Source of the DNA: the human T2T-CHM13v2.0 reference genome, Homo sapiens
Direction: 5' to 3' (one strand)
NCBI RefSeq assembly: GCF_009914755.1
Contig: NC_060927.1
Length of the DNA: 64,000 bases
Of this stretch, positions 30,334-47,627 are shown piece by piece. Below the pieces are notes generated by a model, which saw only the letters and a program-made list of their open reading frames with translations, did no database searches and was not told the origin of the DNA. The translations under genes and the position numbers were made by a program. Numbering within the stretch: position 1 is the stretch's first letter; every line of letters begins with the position of its first letter.

Positions 30334-31823
30334 TCATGTAATACTGCAAATGGGAGAATGGTTTATCCATTAACTTTTTTCCTTAATTTTTAAATTAGAA
30401 GGTGGTAATCATCTTACTAACCTAAAGATTGTTAAGGGTTGTGATACTTACGGATTTAAGTGTTAAAAAATTGCAGTTTTCAAATTATTTAATTTTTCTG
30501 TATCCTACTTTTATCTCTTGGTTGTATTTTTGCTTTTCCAAAATACCCCTTTTACGTTTGCTTTTTTTGGAACACTTGTCACAATAATTTACCAGGTGTA
30601 TCTTCCACCAAGGCTATTCATAGCAAGGTTTTCAAAATGTGTAAACAAACGTAGGGAAGGGCATTCAGTCCTTCAAATTAAACTTAAAAAAAAAGTAGTA
30701 AGTACTTCAGTTAAACTTTTGATACTTTGTTTTTCTTTGTTTTTAAGTACAGACCTGTCCCAAAAGTCTAATAATTTTCTTTTACAGTCACTCTGAGCAT
30801 GTTATATAACAAAAATGCTTCCATTTAAAAAATTATTTTTATTTTTATTTTTCTGACACTATCCACCGGAGATCATTTTTTGTTTAATCTGTAGATGGGA
30901 AATAACGTTATTAATAAGACCCACCAAATACAGATCAACTTAGCTTGTTGTTTGTTGCTTTTCCCCCCAGAGATTAATCTGTTTATGGTAAAGTGAATAT
31001 TGGGTTTCTGGTTTTGCTAGAATCTTGTGGACATTAATTTGCAAGTTTGTTTGAGAAAGGACAGGAAGCTAATACGTTTGAGGATAAACATGAGAATTTT
31101 AAAATTCCATTTGAAGTCAGTATTATAAAATGCAGCTTTTCATTAATTACCACTGCTAACAATCAAAAGAGAACTATTTTACCTTCATTTCCACTGACTT
31201 TTTCCCCTTATAGTGATCATGAGTATTTTATCAAAAATAACTATACCTCAATATATCACCTGGTAATTGTACCACTTTTGCAATTGTTAGTCAACACAAT
31301 AGCAACATAGTGCTGAGAGATCAAGCTTGTAGAGTAGCTTACGACAGAGTTTCCTATTCTCGTTTTTTTTTTTCCTTTCTTTCTTCCTTTTTTTTTTTTT
31401 TTGCTGAGACAGAGTCCCGCTGTGTCACCCAGTTTGGAGTGCAATGGCATGATCACGGAGCCTTGACTTCCTGAGTTCCGATAATCCTCCCACCACAGCC
31501 TCCCAAGTAGCTGGGACTGCAGACGCGCACCACCACGCCTGGCTAATTTTCATATTTTTTGTAGAGACCTGGTCTTGCCTTGTTGCCCAGGCTGTGTGTA
31601 ATACCTGCTGTATGCCAGGAATTAAGCATGCTAAAGATGTGACCATCTCAAGAAGTCTACCAGACTGGCACAGTATTACTTGTGTATCTGAGTCTGTGGT
31701 TTATTATGTTGATTGAGCAATATAATTAGATACTTTTGATTATATTGGCTTCATACTTGGAAAAAAATTTATTCTGCTTATTTGGACGTTTAACACTTAA
31801 CATAGAAAAAGGAAGTTCTCTAA

Positions 31824-32042
<219 letters not shown>

Positions 32043-34212
32043 TGATTTTGAACTCCTGACCTCAAAGTGACCTACCCACCTTGGCGTCCCAAAGTGCTAG
32101 GATTACAGGTTTGAGCCACTGCCCCCGGCTGAAATTCCCTTTTTGTGTTTTCCTTTTATTGATTTTTATAAATTTGTATTGATAGTTACTCTTAGGCATG
32201 ATGTTTGTCATACATACTTTCTCCGTATATGCGATTTAACATGTAATCAGATCTACAGCATTTAATTAGTTGCAGTTTAAAGAGATTATTGGCTACAACC
32301 CTTTACAGTTAATATTTACTTGAACATTTGACAACTGAATTGCTGAGAATAGTAGATTAAATGAAATTGAGATTTCAAAACATAAGTAGAATATGGCGGG
32401 ATTTTCAAAGTTTTGTTAGTTTGAGAATCTACTGCTGTAATTTTAGGACAGCCAACTTCTAAATGTAGTTTTAAGAGGTAAATGAAACAACTGTACCAAA
32501 ACAGATTTTTATTTAAATTTACAACTATTCAGCCTTGGCTTTCATAGTGTGACAGCAAGAAAATAAAGACCTAAGGTTGATTTGGATGTTGATACTCATC
32601 AAGATTAGTAGTAAAATGCTGAATTGGAGAAATTGTGAGTTACAGAGATCATGTTGGTTACTGTAGACTTGATATTTGCATATTCAACAGATATTGGAGC
32701 ACTTACTCTGTGCAGGCACTTTGCTTCCTGCGGAGAATTCAATTCAGTGCTCTCGTGGACTTCACAGGCAAGAGCAGATGCAGACATTAATCCATGGACT
32801 GACCACACAGATAAAATTCAATTGGTGTTAAGTGCTGTGAAGAAAGATTATGTGGTGGTATGAGAGATGCCTAGTCGGGATCAGGGAAGGTTTCCATGAG
32901 GAAATGAACTTTGAACTGAGATTCGAAGGATAAGATTTATTTGGCGACAACTTTCCAGGCAATGGGAATAACATGTTCAGTGTACTTATAGTAGGAAAGA
33001 CCACAGTTTTACCAGAGAAGCCTAAGCCTACTGACCTCAGAGACCTAAAAGAAGGTGCCGTTAAGAGCTTGAGGGTCTGGCAGGCCATGCTTAACAAAGA
33101 CCGTTTGGTTTCCTTGTGGAAAAGACATTCCAGGAGACAAAGAATTGATGGGAAACCATTTAGGGCGGCTTTTGGAGTTGTCCAGGCAAGAGATAATGGA
33201 ACTTGGAAAAGTAAGGAGGTGGTAGAAATAGAAAGAGATGTATTTGAGAGATCTTTATGTGGTAAATTTAACAGCTCTTAATGATGAATTGTATGTTTGT
33301 GGGGAAAGAGAGGTGGCATGAAGTGAGAGATGTCAAAGATGATTCCTGAGTTCTGTGGTGATGCTATACCATTCACTGGAATGATAATTAAAATAAACAA
33401 GTATTATGAATGTTTTTGGTGGGAGGGAAGGAATCCTGATTTTTGAAGACTAAGGACATAGTAGCCAGGGGAAAACCCCCACAAAGAAATTTTTATCTCC
33501 AAAATAGCCATGATAACTGAAACTAAGAAACTTAAATTAACAGTTACTTTATTACATCAAACCTAAAATACATAATGGATTGTAAGATGTACCATGATTT
33601 TATATGCCATTTAGAAGAAAAAAATACTGCCATTTAAACGGACACACTAATGATTATAAGATAAATCCTGTGGCTTTTTTTGTTTGTTATTGTTTTTTTA
33701 ATTTATAGAGATGCTACATGTAGCCACGTTTAGTGGCTTACACCTGTAAATTCCAGCTACTCAGGAGGCTGAGGTGGGAGGATTGCTTGCGGCCAGGAGT
33801 TCAAGACCAGCCTGGGCAACATAGCGAGACTTTGTCTCTAATTTTAAAAAAAGGAAAAGTAGAGATGCTAAATATGGAAAAGTATGCTTATTGGTATCAA
33901 TGAAATAAAGGAGTAGTAAGAAGTTGGTGTAGATAGCAGGTTAGTAGTAGTAGAGTGTTACCATTAAAAAAATAGCTGCAGCATGTAATTGAACTCCTTG
34001 CACATAATAGTTGTTTCCACTTAATAATGAATTAAGTACTTAGTTCAAAGCTTTTAGATATAGGTAAACATGACTGAATGATCTTAAAGGTTTTATAACC
34101 TTTTACAAAAAATTGAAACATAATTTCCTAACAGTTTGCCATTAAGGCAAGTGCTGGACAATTGAGTTGAATATATTATTTAGAAATACCAAGATAACCC
34201 CTAAATTTTGAT

Positions 34213-34420
34213 TAGTACAGTTTCTTTCTCTCGCCTGATTGTTCTGCCTAGGACTTCTAGTATTATGTTGAATAGGAGTGGTGAGAGTAGACATCCTTGT
34301 TTTGTTCCAGTTCTTAGGGGGAATGCTTTCAACTTTTGCCCATTCAGTATGATATTGGTTATGGGTTTGTCAGAGATGGCTCTTACTATTTTGAGGTATG
34401 TTCCTTTGTTTAAGTTGTTG
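34213..34420 (-). mobile_element. Short L1 ORF2 (RT region) fragment
   Basis: Track ORF 34201..34455 contains [35 protein letters not shown]. Confidence 0.85.
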
Positions 34421-34584
34421 AGGGTAAAACTTAAGTTTTGAATACACTGCGCCATCAGTAACTTTTCGGCCTGGCCTCCGTGCCTCTACAGGTGGGACTA
34501 TAAACTTCCAGAATTCTCTGTGCTACTGCTAGTCCTTTTCCTGCTGCCCTGAAACTGACACACCCTTGCTACTTATTCTGTTGA

Positions 34585-34902
<318 letters not shown>

Positions 34903-36239
34903 TAACACATCCTCTGTCAGGATATAGAAAGTTGGGAATGGGAGCATGGATAGTATCTTACTTCACTGAAGTTGACCAGCTATTTGGTTCTCCCTTTGGG
35001 ATGAGCCTTAGATCTGTGAGCTTTCAGATAGGAATTTTCCTGAAGCAGAGTTTAGGTAATTTTTCTTAATCTTGACCTTTCTGTCTACCTTATAATTAAT
35101 ATAATTTTCTCCTAGATTTTGTCATTAGGTTGTTGGTTAAAGTGTCAGTGTTTGGTATGATTTATTTTTGTGAATTTTTGTGATTTCAGAATTTGAGTAA
35201 GAATTTGATAGGGGCTATGTACCAAAATTACATTACATTAGAGAATTTCATTAGTTTAATGTTTTAAAAGGTAATTTTGGCTGGTAGAAAAAAATGAGGA
35301 ACAGAGTGAATGATATCAAAGATTCCTAGTAGTTATGTGAATGAAAATGAAACCCAACTGTTTTACTTATGATTGGTCTCTATTGTCACATTACAGTGCT
35401 TACTTTTGAAGGTAGCTTAACTAATTTTGTTATAGTTTGGCATTATGAAACCTAGCATTTGTACCTCAAGCAAGACAGTCTTTTCATTAGGTATAAAGGT
35501 ACCCTTTTCTTTTCATTTTGACAAAGGTGTTCATTTGATAAGTAGTTGTGTCATTAAGCAGAACTACTTATGGTTGATTTGATTTGGTTATCTCAGCACT
35601 TCAAATTCAGGATGGCACTGTGTTTGGTTTTTCTTCAAGTTTGCATCTTAGTAACCAAAAACAGTCTTAACATTTCAATCAGTCTATTAGACTGGGTTCA
35701 TGTTTCATTATTTTCAATTTTGCTGGTAGAGAGAAGGAAAGGATAGAATATACATAATTGATGACCTAAGAGAAGTGTGATAGAAAGATACACCAGTGAA
35801 ATTATTGTTCTTTCTCTCCTTGCTCTTTAATTTGTGTTTGTAATTTGTGCACTGCTTTCTGGGCTTGCTTCTGCATTACCTTATAATTGTTCCCCAGGGT
35901 TTGCTGTGTATTTGTCTCTCTGAAATTAGATTGTGAACTCTTTCAGGAAAAGAGACTAAAAAATGTTTTACTAACATTTAAAGTATCCAAATGCTGTTAA
36001 CATTTTTCTAATAATGGTGATAACCTACCTACATACATGTGTCACTTTTACATGCCTTATCTCTTGAGTACTCTGAGAACTACCTGTGTATTGCAGGTGT
36101 CATCCTACTCATTGTACAGGTGTGGATACTGTGACAAAAGCAGGTTAATGGACTTGACCATTGTCTTGTTGGTCAGTGAGAGAGCTGATTTCCTGACTCT
36201 GTATTTAATGGTCTTGCCACAGTACTATTGCATCATGAG

Positions 36240-36241
<2 letters not shown>

Positions 36242-36273
<32 letters not shown>
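36242..36273. repeat. (GT)16 microsatellite
   Basis: Seen directly, next to the SAP30 retrocopy tail. Confidence 0.95.
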
Positions 36274-36274
<1 letters not shown>

Positions 36275-36275
<1 letters not shown>

Positions 36276-37330
36276 TTGTTTTTGTTTTCTTTTTTAATAG
36301 TAATAACCTTTATTTAAAATAGTTTTTAATTTAGGAAAGCTCATTTTACATGAGTTTCCAACTAATTATTAGAGTCAGAAACAAAGAAAATAAAATCAGA
36401 AAATCTTTTGCAGAAAAAATACACAAAGAACATTTCTACATGTGAAAAAGCGGTAAACAGTGTTAACATCCAAGTTTTTAGTCTCAATTCCACATCTAGT
36501 GAACACCACTATCAACCTTGAGATCTGATTTGTTCTTGTCATTCTTCACTGATTAGATGAAATAAGGTGTCTTTTTCACTCACTGGAATAGACCTAAAGT
36601 GGCAACCAACTATCTCAACAAGTTGTGCTTTATTAAGTCCTGGTCTGGTTGGTGGCTTTAAGTGTCTTTTGTATCTCCTAAGTGTATTTTCTTGTAATTG
36701 GTATAAATCAACCTCTGGGGTATCGAAATCTTGAACAGGTGAATCACCTCCATCATCATCACTCCCTTTTCTCTTTCTTCTGTTTCGAATACTCTGAATT
36801 AAGTTTTTATGATAATCACATATGTAAAGATGCCTGCGCTCTTATCCAGCTCGATCTTCACCTTCTGGGATATGCTCTTCTGGATCCTCTTGCTGAAGCT
36901 GGCGTTGCCTGCTGCCCGACCGCACCGCTCACCATCCTCCGCAGGCAGCACAGTTGCCAGGAGCCCGGCCTGGCCGCCCCCAGGGGCCCAGCCGCTGAGA
37001 CCGCCCCTGCGCCCGGCCCCTCAGCCCCGATTTCCCGGACGAGGCACTGGCGACCACAGCGGCCACTGCGGCTGCCGCCTCCCCACTGCCCAGGCGTGAA
37101 GCCGTTCATGTCTCCGAGCTCCGGGGTACCGGCGCTGACAGAAATCCCCACTCTCCTGGCCGCTCCGTCGGCGGCAGTTCACTCTGCACACCAAGTTAGC
37201 TGCATGGCAGAACACCAACTGGGCCTGCTGCTGCTGGCGCCGAAACAGTGGACAGTGCCGAGGGCCGGGACTCAGAGTCGAGCGTCTCCTGGAATGGAGA
37301 CCCAGCTCACTGTTACATGGGGTCTTCAGC
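36275..37330 (-). pseudogene. SAP30: SAP30 processed pseudogene (5' UTR, disrupted CDS 37109 to 36496, 3' UTR, poly(A))
   Basis: Minus strand gives MNGFTP..., QLCCLR, NASFSKRIQKSISQKKVKIELDKS, HLYICDYHKNLIQS, RKRKGSDDDGGDSPVQD, ...DLKVDSGVH*; no introns; several frameshifts; AATAAA at 36314-36309 and an A-tail at 36295-36275. Confidence 0.95.
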
Positions 37331-37624
37331 TTTTTTTTTTTTTGAGACAGAATCTCGCTCTGTCGCCCAGGCTGGAGTGCGGTGGCGCAATCTTGGCTCA
37401 CCGTAACCTCCGCCTCCCGGCTCAAGCTATTCTCCTGCCTCAGTCTCCTGAGTAGCTGGGATTACAGGCGCCCGCCACCGCACCCAGCTAATTTTTGTAT
37501 TTTTAGTAGAGACAGGGTTTCGGCATGTTTATCAGGCTGGTCTCAAACTCCTGACCCTAAGTGATTGGCCCTCCTCGGCCTCCCAAAGTGCTGGGATTAC
37601 AGGTGTGAGCCACCATGCCCGGCT
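37331..37624 (-). mobile_element. AluS directly abutting the 5' end of the SAP30 retrocopy
   Basis: Full dimeric Alu with an A12 tail at 37331-37342. Confidence 0.95.
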
Positions 37625-38314
37625 ATATATATATATTTTTAATGTTGGTCATTCTTTCTAATGTTAAGACATATCCTTTGAGGATAATTAGATTTTGGTG
37701 TCATGTAATTTGGGTGGTATCACATAATTTCGTTCATATTCTGGATCTGCCACCTATTAGTTATATGACTAAAACAAGTTAACCTATCTGAGTCTATTTG
37801 CTCAATTATAAAGTGGGCATGATAGAACTTCACAGGATTGTCTTGAGGGTTTAATAAGAATATAGCTAGCTAGCTAGTTTGTTCAAGGACATAAGTATCT
37901 GATAAATCTTAATGTTTCCCCTGTTGGTGAGTCAGAACAGAAATAAGAGTTGAAACTGCTGGTAAGCCTATTTTATCCATCTTCTTATTTTGCCCATAGT
38001 TAAAAAGCCACTTTTGTTATATTCTGCACTAACTTCCAAAGTTCATTTTGTTTTAGCTTTTATTCTTTTAATTAGACATATTGTCTAAAACCAAAAAGTC
38101 ATGTTTCTGAAGCAGAGTTTTTAAAAGATACTTTATATTTCTCATTAAGATTGTGACTAGACAGAATCCTTCCCCACACACAAACTCCAGCTTATCTATT
38201 TTTCAATATCTAAGTTAGAGTTCTTGGCACTATTCACATTTTTACTGTACCTTCTTGAAGATGAAAGAGTCCGAAAGATTTAAAGATTTTTGAGCAGAAT
38301 TAGACATAAAAAAC

Positions 38315-38605
38315 TGTCATAGTTTGGTGTTGCTATAATAGAATATCACAGACAAGGTAATTTATAAAGAAAAATTTCTTTCTCATAGTTCTGGAGGCTG
38401 GGAAGTCCACTGTCAAGGTGCTGGCATTTGGTGAGGGCCTTCTTGCTGAGTCAGCTCATGGTGGAAGGTCAAAGAGAGGGCAAGCGAAAGCAGGTGATTG
38501 AACTTGCAGCCTCACCTCCCATTAGACCCTGCCTCCCAACAGTGTTGCATTAGGATTATTTTCATCCTATGCTTTTTGTAGGACATATTCAAACCATACA
38601 TAGCA
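38315..38605. mobile_element. MST/MLT1 MaLR LTR
   Basis: ttgctataatagaatatcacagac...ttctggaggctgggaagtcc...ggacatattcaaacca. Confidence 0.65.
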
Positions 38606-38894
38606 CAACATACTTGTTAAAATTTTAAATCACTGTTAAAGCATGTTTCTTTGTTATATGTGGAAAGCATTGCCTAGTAATAACTTACTAGTCTTAAGGT
38701 AGTTTTCTGAAAAAAAATATGAGTGGACGTAGTACAAACATCTTAATACATTTTTTGATTTGTTTCGTGGAGTGTTATGTGATATAAATTGCAGTTGCAC
38801 AAAAGTGAATAAAGGAAGATAATTGTAAAATCTGATGCAGCAAAGGTTAAATACTTTAGGGACATTCTCTTCACTAAATTATGCAGAAGATGGG

Positions 38895-38928
<34 letters not shown>

Positions 38929-40062
38929 GAAAAAGACCCAGAGATGATTGAGAGGTTCAGGTTAATTAACATGACGGTGCATTCATCTCATTAGGTTCCC
39001 TAAGATTCTCAACACATGGTGTGTTGGCCACTTGATTGATTCACAGGTTTTTTGGAGAGAGGATCTTTGCAAGATAGCTCTTCTGCTCTTGAAGACTGGC
39101 AGTAGTTACAGGTAGAGATAGATATGTTACTGGTTTTGTACAAGATGCAAAAGATAAGTGGTAGTGAAGCCACCCTGGCCACAGGAGAAAGCACATGCAG
39201 GAGAAAGCACATTCATCAAGAGACAGTACATTTTAGGTTTATTTTTTTTTTTAATCCAAGGCTTTGGGATCAAGAGAAGGTAAGGTGCTATTGAACAGTT
39301 TTGAGTAGTGGCACCACAGTGCCAGAAAAAGATAAACTGGGCTTATAGACGCTGTTATAATAAACATTATAAAATGAAAATGCTAACAAGTACAAAGAAA
39401 ATGGATACATAAAACTTTTATTCAAGTTAGCTGGCTATTCTGTTGGAGATTCTTATGAGCTGTGAATGGAGGCAGGTAGGGGATGACTAGTGAGAGGAAG
39501 CTCAAGTGAGGCACATCCTTCCTATTAGTAATTCTTAGAAGCTACAGATTAGCTTGTCAGATTTAAAATGTTAGTCAAAATAAATATACCTGAGGTTTCT
39601 TGATTGGAAAAGCAGGTCAGATGTGACTAGAAATGGAGGTGGGGTTTTTTTTTTTTTAATGGAGGATTTTAGAAGGCAATAGTGTAGAATTTAGAGCTAG
39701 AAAGGATCTTACACATGAAAATACGAAAAGTAGACTTTGTAGGTTTATCTAAGATTTTTATTTAGTGACAGAGCTAGAACTAGGATCCAGGGTTTCTCTT
39801 TCATGGTTAGTTCAGCTAGGAAGAATATTTAAAGAAGCCAGGGTAATTAAGATGAACCTTGATAGGTATAGGAAAGAGGTAAGAGAACAAAAATCCAGTA
39901 GGTAAGAAGATGGAAGAACTTTAAAATCATTTTTATAAGAAATAGATATTATTTATTTAGAATTTATGAGATGTTTCACAGAGGGCTTGAAGTGGGAAAA
40001 TAATTGAAATTATATAGACCATATAAATACTTCTATAAAACATTTGTTAAAATTGATTCTAT

Positions 40063-41967
<1,905 letters not shown>

Positions 41968-42522
41968 TAATCAAGTGCTATTTGAATGTCTACTTTCAAG
42001 TAGCTGGGACTACAGGTGCATGCCACCATGCCCAGCTAATTTTTGTATTTCTTGTAGAGACGAGGTTTTACCGTGTTACTCAGGCTGGTTTCAAACTCCT
42101 GAGCTCAAGCAATACACCTCCTGCCTTGGCCTCCCAAAGTGCTGGGATTACAGGCGTAAGCCACTGCACCCAGCCAAAGTGAGAAATGGTTTTACACAGG
42201 TGAATACTATGATGGAATCTACACTCAGGCAGCTGAACTGATTGGAGGAAGGATAGGTAGAAAGCAGCATACCAATTATTATAATAGTTGAAAGGCAGCT
42301 ATGGGCATGTGGTGGTAAGCCCAGTTGTAATAGAAAAAGCAAATAACAGCTGAGTTGGAGGACTGTTTTAAGAGAAGCAGGCTGGATATGTAAGGAAAAT
42401 TATATTCAGAGTGCATTTGTTTCTCTCAGTCTGTGTTCCTTTTTTTCTCATCTCTTGCCAACCTGTGTTTCTTATAACTAGTCTTAAATCTTTTCTCTTA
42501 TTTAGTAATGATGGAAATGCTA

Positions 42523-42759
<237 letters not shown>

Positions 42760-43975
42760 TTATCTTGTACTTTTACCTGTTGGTTGTAGATTGATTTCAG
42801 GTGACATTTGAATAAACCCAATAAAGAAGCCAGGACCCTCCACGTCTTAGAAGCCACGTTAGGCTCATTTTGTGTGTATTTCTACACTGGTAGACACTGT
42901 AATGCTCTAAGAGTGCTGCAGCTGTAAGAGAAATCACCTGGTCTCATATAATATAGTTCCTTAACCTGATAAGCTACTACTTGTGTAGTGTTGTTTATGC
43001 AACTTAAAAAAAAACAAAAAAAAACTGAGCACGCTTTTTATCTTCATTCAAAGTGTTTGCAACTGTTTTTGTTTGGTTTGGTTTGGTTTGGTTTGGTTTG
43101 GTTTTTGACAGTCTCACTGTCTCCCAGGCTGGAGTGCTGGAGTGCAGGAGTGCAGTGGTGCGGTATTGGCTCACTGCAACCCCCGCCTCCTGGGTTGAAG
43201 TGATTCTCATGCCTCAGCCTCCCAAGTAGCTGGGACTACAGGCACGCGCCACCATGCCCTGCTAATTTTTATATTTTTAGTAGAGACAGAGTTTCACCAT
43301 GTTGGCCAGGCTGGTCTCAAACTCCTGACCTCAGGTGATCCACCCGCCTCAGCCTCCCAAAGTGCTAGGATTACAGCACTGCACTGGCCGATAGTCACTT
43401 TTTAAAATCCCAGTTCTTCATTTCTAGAGAAGGAACTCTGTTTGGATCTTCTTGTTACAGGTTTGTATTTCTGGAACATCAGCTATGACAAGGAATTAGG
43501 CCTCGTTGTGTAAATGGGACCCAATGCTATGCGTGGATGGCTATTGTGAATCAAACGAGAGAGTGAATTGGAGAGATTGTGAAAATAGAAAACCACAAAC
43601 AAGTATTTATTTTGTAACAATAAATATCTGAGATCTTGTTCATGTTGTCTTTTAATGAGGATGCGAGAGATTGGGGTTTATGATGGGCCTAGGTTTGATA
43701 TAAGTAGGCATTTGACTCCAATTAGCAGCAAATGTAATAGAGAAGGTGAAAGTGGAATGGTTGGCACTATGAATTAGGACACTGAACACATACTGCTCTG
43801 TCATCCAGGCTGGAATGCAGTAGTGTGATCTCGGCTCTCTGTAGCCTTGACTTCTTAGACTCAAATGATCCTCCCACCTCAGCCTCCCCAGTAGCTGGTA
43901 CTTCAGATACGTGGTACCATACCTGGCTAATTTTTTCTTTTTTTTTGTAGAGATGGAGTCTCACTGTATTGCCTA

Positions 43976-44918
<943 letters not shown>

Positions 44919-47627
44919 TCATTGACCCAAAAAGAGTGGAATAATTTGAAAGAAATGGGTGAGATGGTAGAGGTGATGGTTACTAGCTCTTTACCATGTA
45001 TACCTTTAACATTTGTCCACCTTGGTATGTTACATTTTGGAAGACATCTGTTAGCAGTAGTGATTGCTGCTTCACAACAGAAAAATTATTTTAGGGAAAG
45101 CAATTATATAGGAAAAAGGGTTCCTTGGTTTTCACAAGTCTGGAAGCAAATATAAGGAGGAATATGCATAAGTAAACTTGTCTAAAAGTATGATGTGGCT
45201 ATCTTATAAACTGCTTTATTTTTCAGAAGTAAGGAAAGTTCAGTTTTAAAGTCCTTTTTGGAATCAGATTATTAGCTAAATTCTATTTGGAGTTTCACAC
45301 AAAGGTCTAAGACTTAACTGAAGATTTAGGGCCTGATGAACCAAGTAGATTTATGCTTCTAAACACATTAGCCAGAAAAGTGGGTAACTATAGGGGGAAT
45401 CTGACTGTTAGTTCAGCCTGCGCATATGCACATCTCTAGTTGAGTCTCTTAGGGTTTCCCTTAAGGGACTTCTTGGGGCTCATAAGCTTGGTCTTCTCAG
45501 AAGAATCTCTATATCTTCATCATGGAAAAACCCAGGAGGCCAATTGTATAGGTACCCGATGGTGGCATTGTGGACAAAGGGAACTTACTTCCTGGACATA
45601 TGAAGGATAGCTCTTGAATCATCTAATTGTTAAATTTGGGGTCTAGTGGAAAGGGCCTAGGACCCCAAATCACAAAGACTGTGTTCTGGTCCCATCCCTG
45701 GCACTCAGTGAGGACAGGACCGTATCTGTGTTACTCACCACTAAATACTCACTGCCTGCTACAGTGCTTACCATGTAATAAATAGGCGTTCAGTAAATAT
45801 TTGAGTGAGTGAAATAATACATTGGATGCATAACTTCGGAAAAGTCACGTTATCTCTCTGGGTTTCATTTTTCCCCCGTTCATCTATAAAATACAAGTTT
45901 TGACTAACCAAGTCTCTAGTTCTCAAATTACTGCATTAAAAGTTAGAAAGATACAATTATTTTAGATAATCAACTCCATTGTAAACACCAGTGCAAACTT
46001 GGGCATTGATATCAGGTGGCATTTCTTGGTTTTAAGGTAGTTAGGCTTATAGGTTATCTAGATTATTTTTGTAAAACAAAAGCAATATTAAACATTTTTT
46101 TATATTTGCCTTTGCTTTTTTGGTATAAAGAAAAGATTAATACATTTTTTTGCAGAGAAAGCAATTGTGGCAGAATATTAATATGTGATGAATCTAGATG
46201 AAGTGTTTATGTAAGATCTTTATACTAATATTACAACTTTTCTGTAAATTTGAAATTATATTAAATTAGTAATTTGAACTCAGAAAAGCCCAGCATGTAG
46301 TGAGAAAGAATAAAAAGTACAACAATGGTAATAATAAAACATTAGGTGGATGTTAAGGATAGTATTTGGAGATTCATAAGTTCACTTAAGTATAGAGATT
46401 TGTATCTCTTTGCGAAATATTTAGACTTGTAAGGGACATTCATTCTAAATGTAAAGGAAATATTCACTGTAAAGAAAGACTGGTGAATTTCTCACTTACC
46501 GTTCCCTCACACCCCCCCCCAAAAACACAGGTTTTCTTAAATTGAGATCTACTAACATTTTTTACCATTTTACCGTGTCAGATAGAAACTCCATGCTGTT
46601 CCTTTGGCTTGGTAGCAGTGGTTATCATTTTTTTTTTCCTTGATTGACAAAGCTGGCACCTCAGATTTTACTGTAACTTAATTACTGACCCTGCTTCCTC
46701 TGTACCAAGTGGTACCTTATGATATTATCTGTTCCTTAACTTAGAATTTAGTGAACTTTAGTGTTTAACAATATTACCTGAATTTGTAAGTTCTTCTGTT
46801 GATATAAATGTACCATCTTCTTTTTTATCTCATATGCACTCTGGTGGCATATTTCCTTTTTTTTTTTTTTTTTTTTTTTGCTGGGGCAGCATCTATCTGA
46901 AAGTGAGTTGCTTAGAGACTTTAGAGACTTTAATCTCCAGAGTAATTATAAGGATTTTCTGTCCATATTATTGAAAATTATGTTCCCAATCTTCGTTTTC
47001 CTTGGCAAAGTAGAATCAAATTTTAGAGTTAGAAGGGTTCTAAGTCTAAGTTCCTTTTCTTGTGCTTGGGCAAACAAGTTTGCCTGGTTAAGGGCAGAAT
47101 GGGAATAAGAACCAGAGTTTCATTCTCTCATGCCTTGATTTTTTTTGTTTGTTTGTTTTTTGTTTTTGAAGTCTTGTGTCCCAAATTTGAAAGTCTGTAG
47201 TTCAGATGAATAAGAATTGTTTTCATTTCACTGTTTATACAAGTAATTGATACTCCCCCAAAAAGGCCAAATCTGTGTGAGAGCTCAAAGTATGCTGAAT
47301 GTGAATAGGTATTTGCTGTTGTCCAACAGTAACCCAAATCTATAAAGTTTAATGTTCTTTTTTTTTTTTAAACAAAAAAATCAGGCCGCATTACTGGCAT
47401 ATATAAAGTTTAATGTCTTAATGGAAGGATTTGAGGGGGTGGTAACTGAAATATGTGAAATGTATTTAAAAAACTCAATGTATTTGTCATCCTGGTTCAA
47501 TTATTATGAATTTGTGACTGATTTTGAGAAAAATTTGTAATCTTGATAATTTTTAGGCTTTAACTAACTGCAAAATAAATCTAGATGTATGCTAAATGAC
47601 TTAATGGAAACACTTATTTTTCTGCAG

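Noticed and set aside
36682-37455. 257-aa plus-strand ORF
   Set aside because: It is the antisense reading of the GC-rich SAP30 retrocopy running into an Alu; few stops are expected at this GC content and there is no independent gene structure.
38898-38925. Isolated long poly(T) as a tail-only retro-insertion
   Set aside because: I could not find a flanking TSD; indistinguishable from a simple mononucleotide run.
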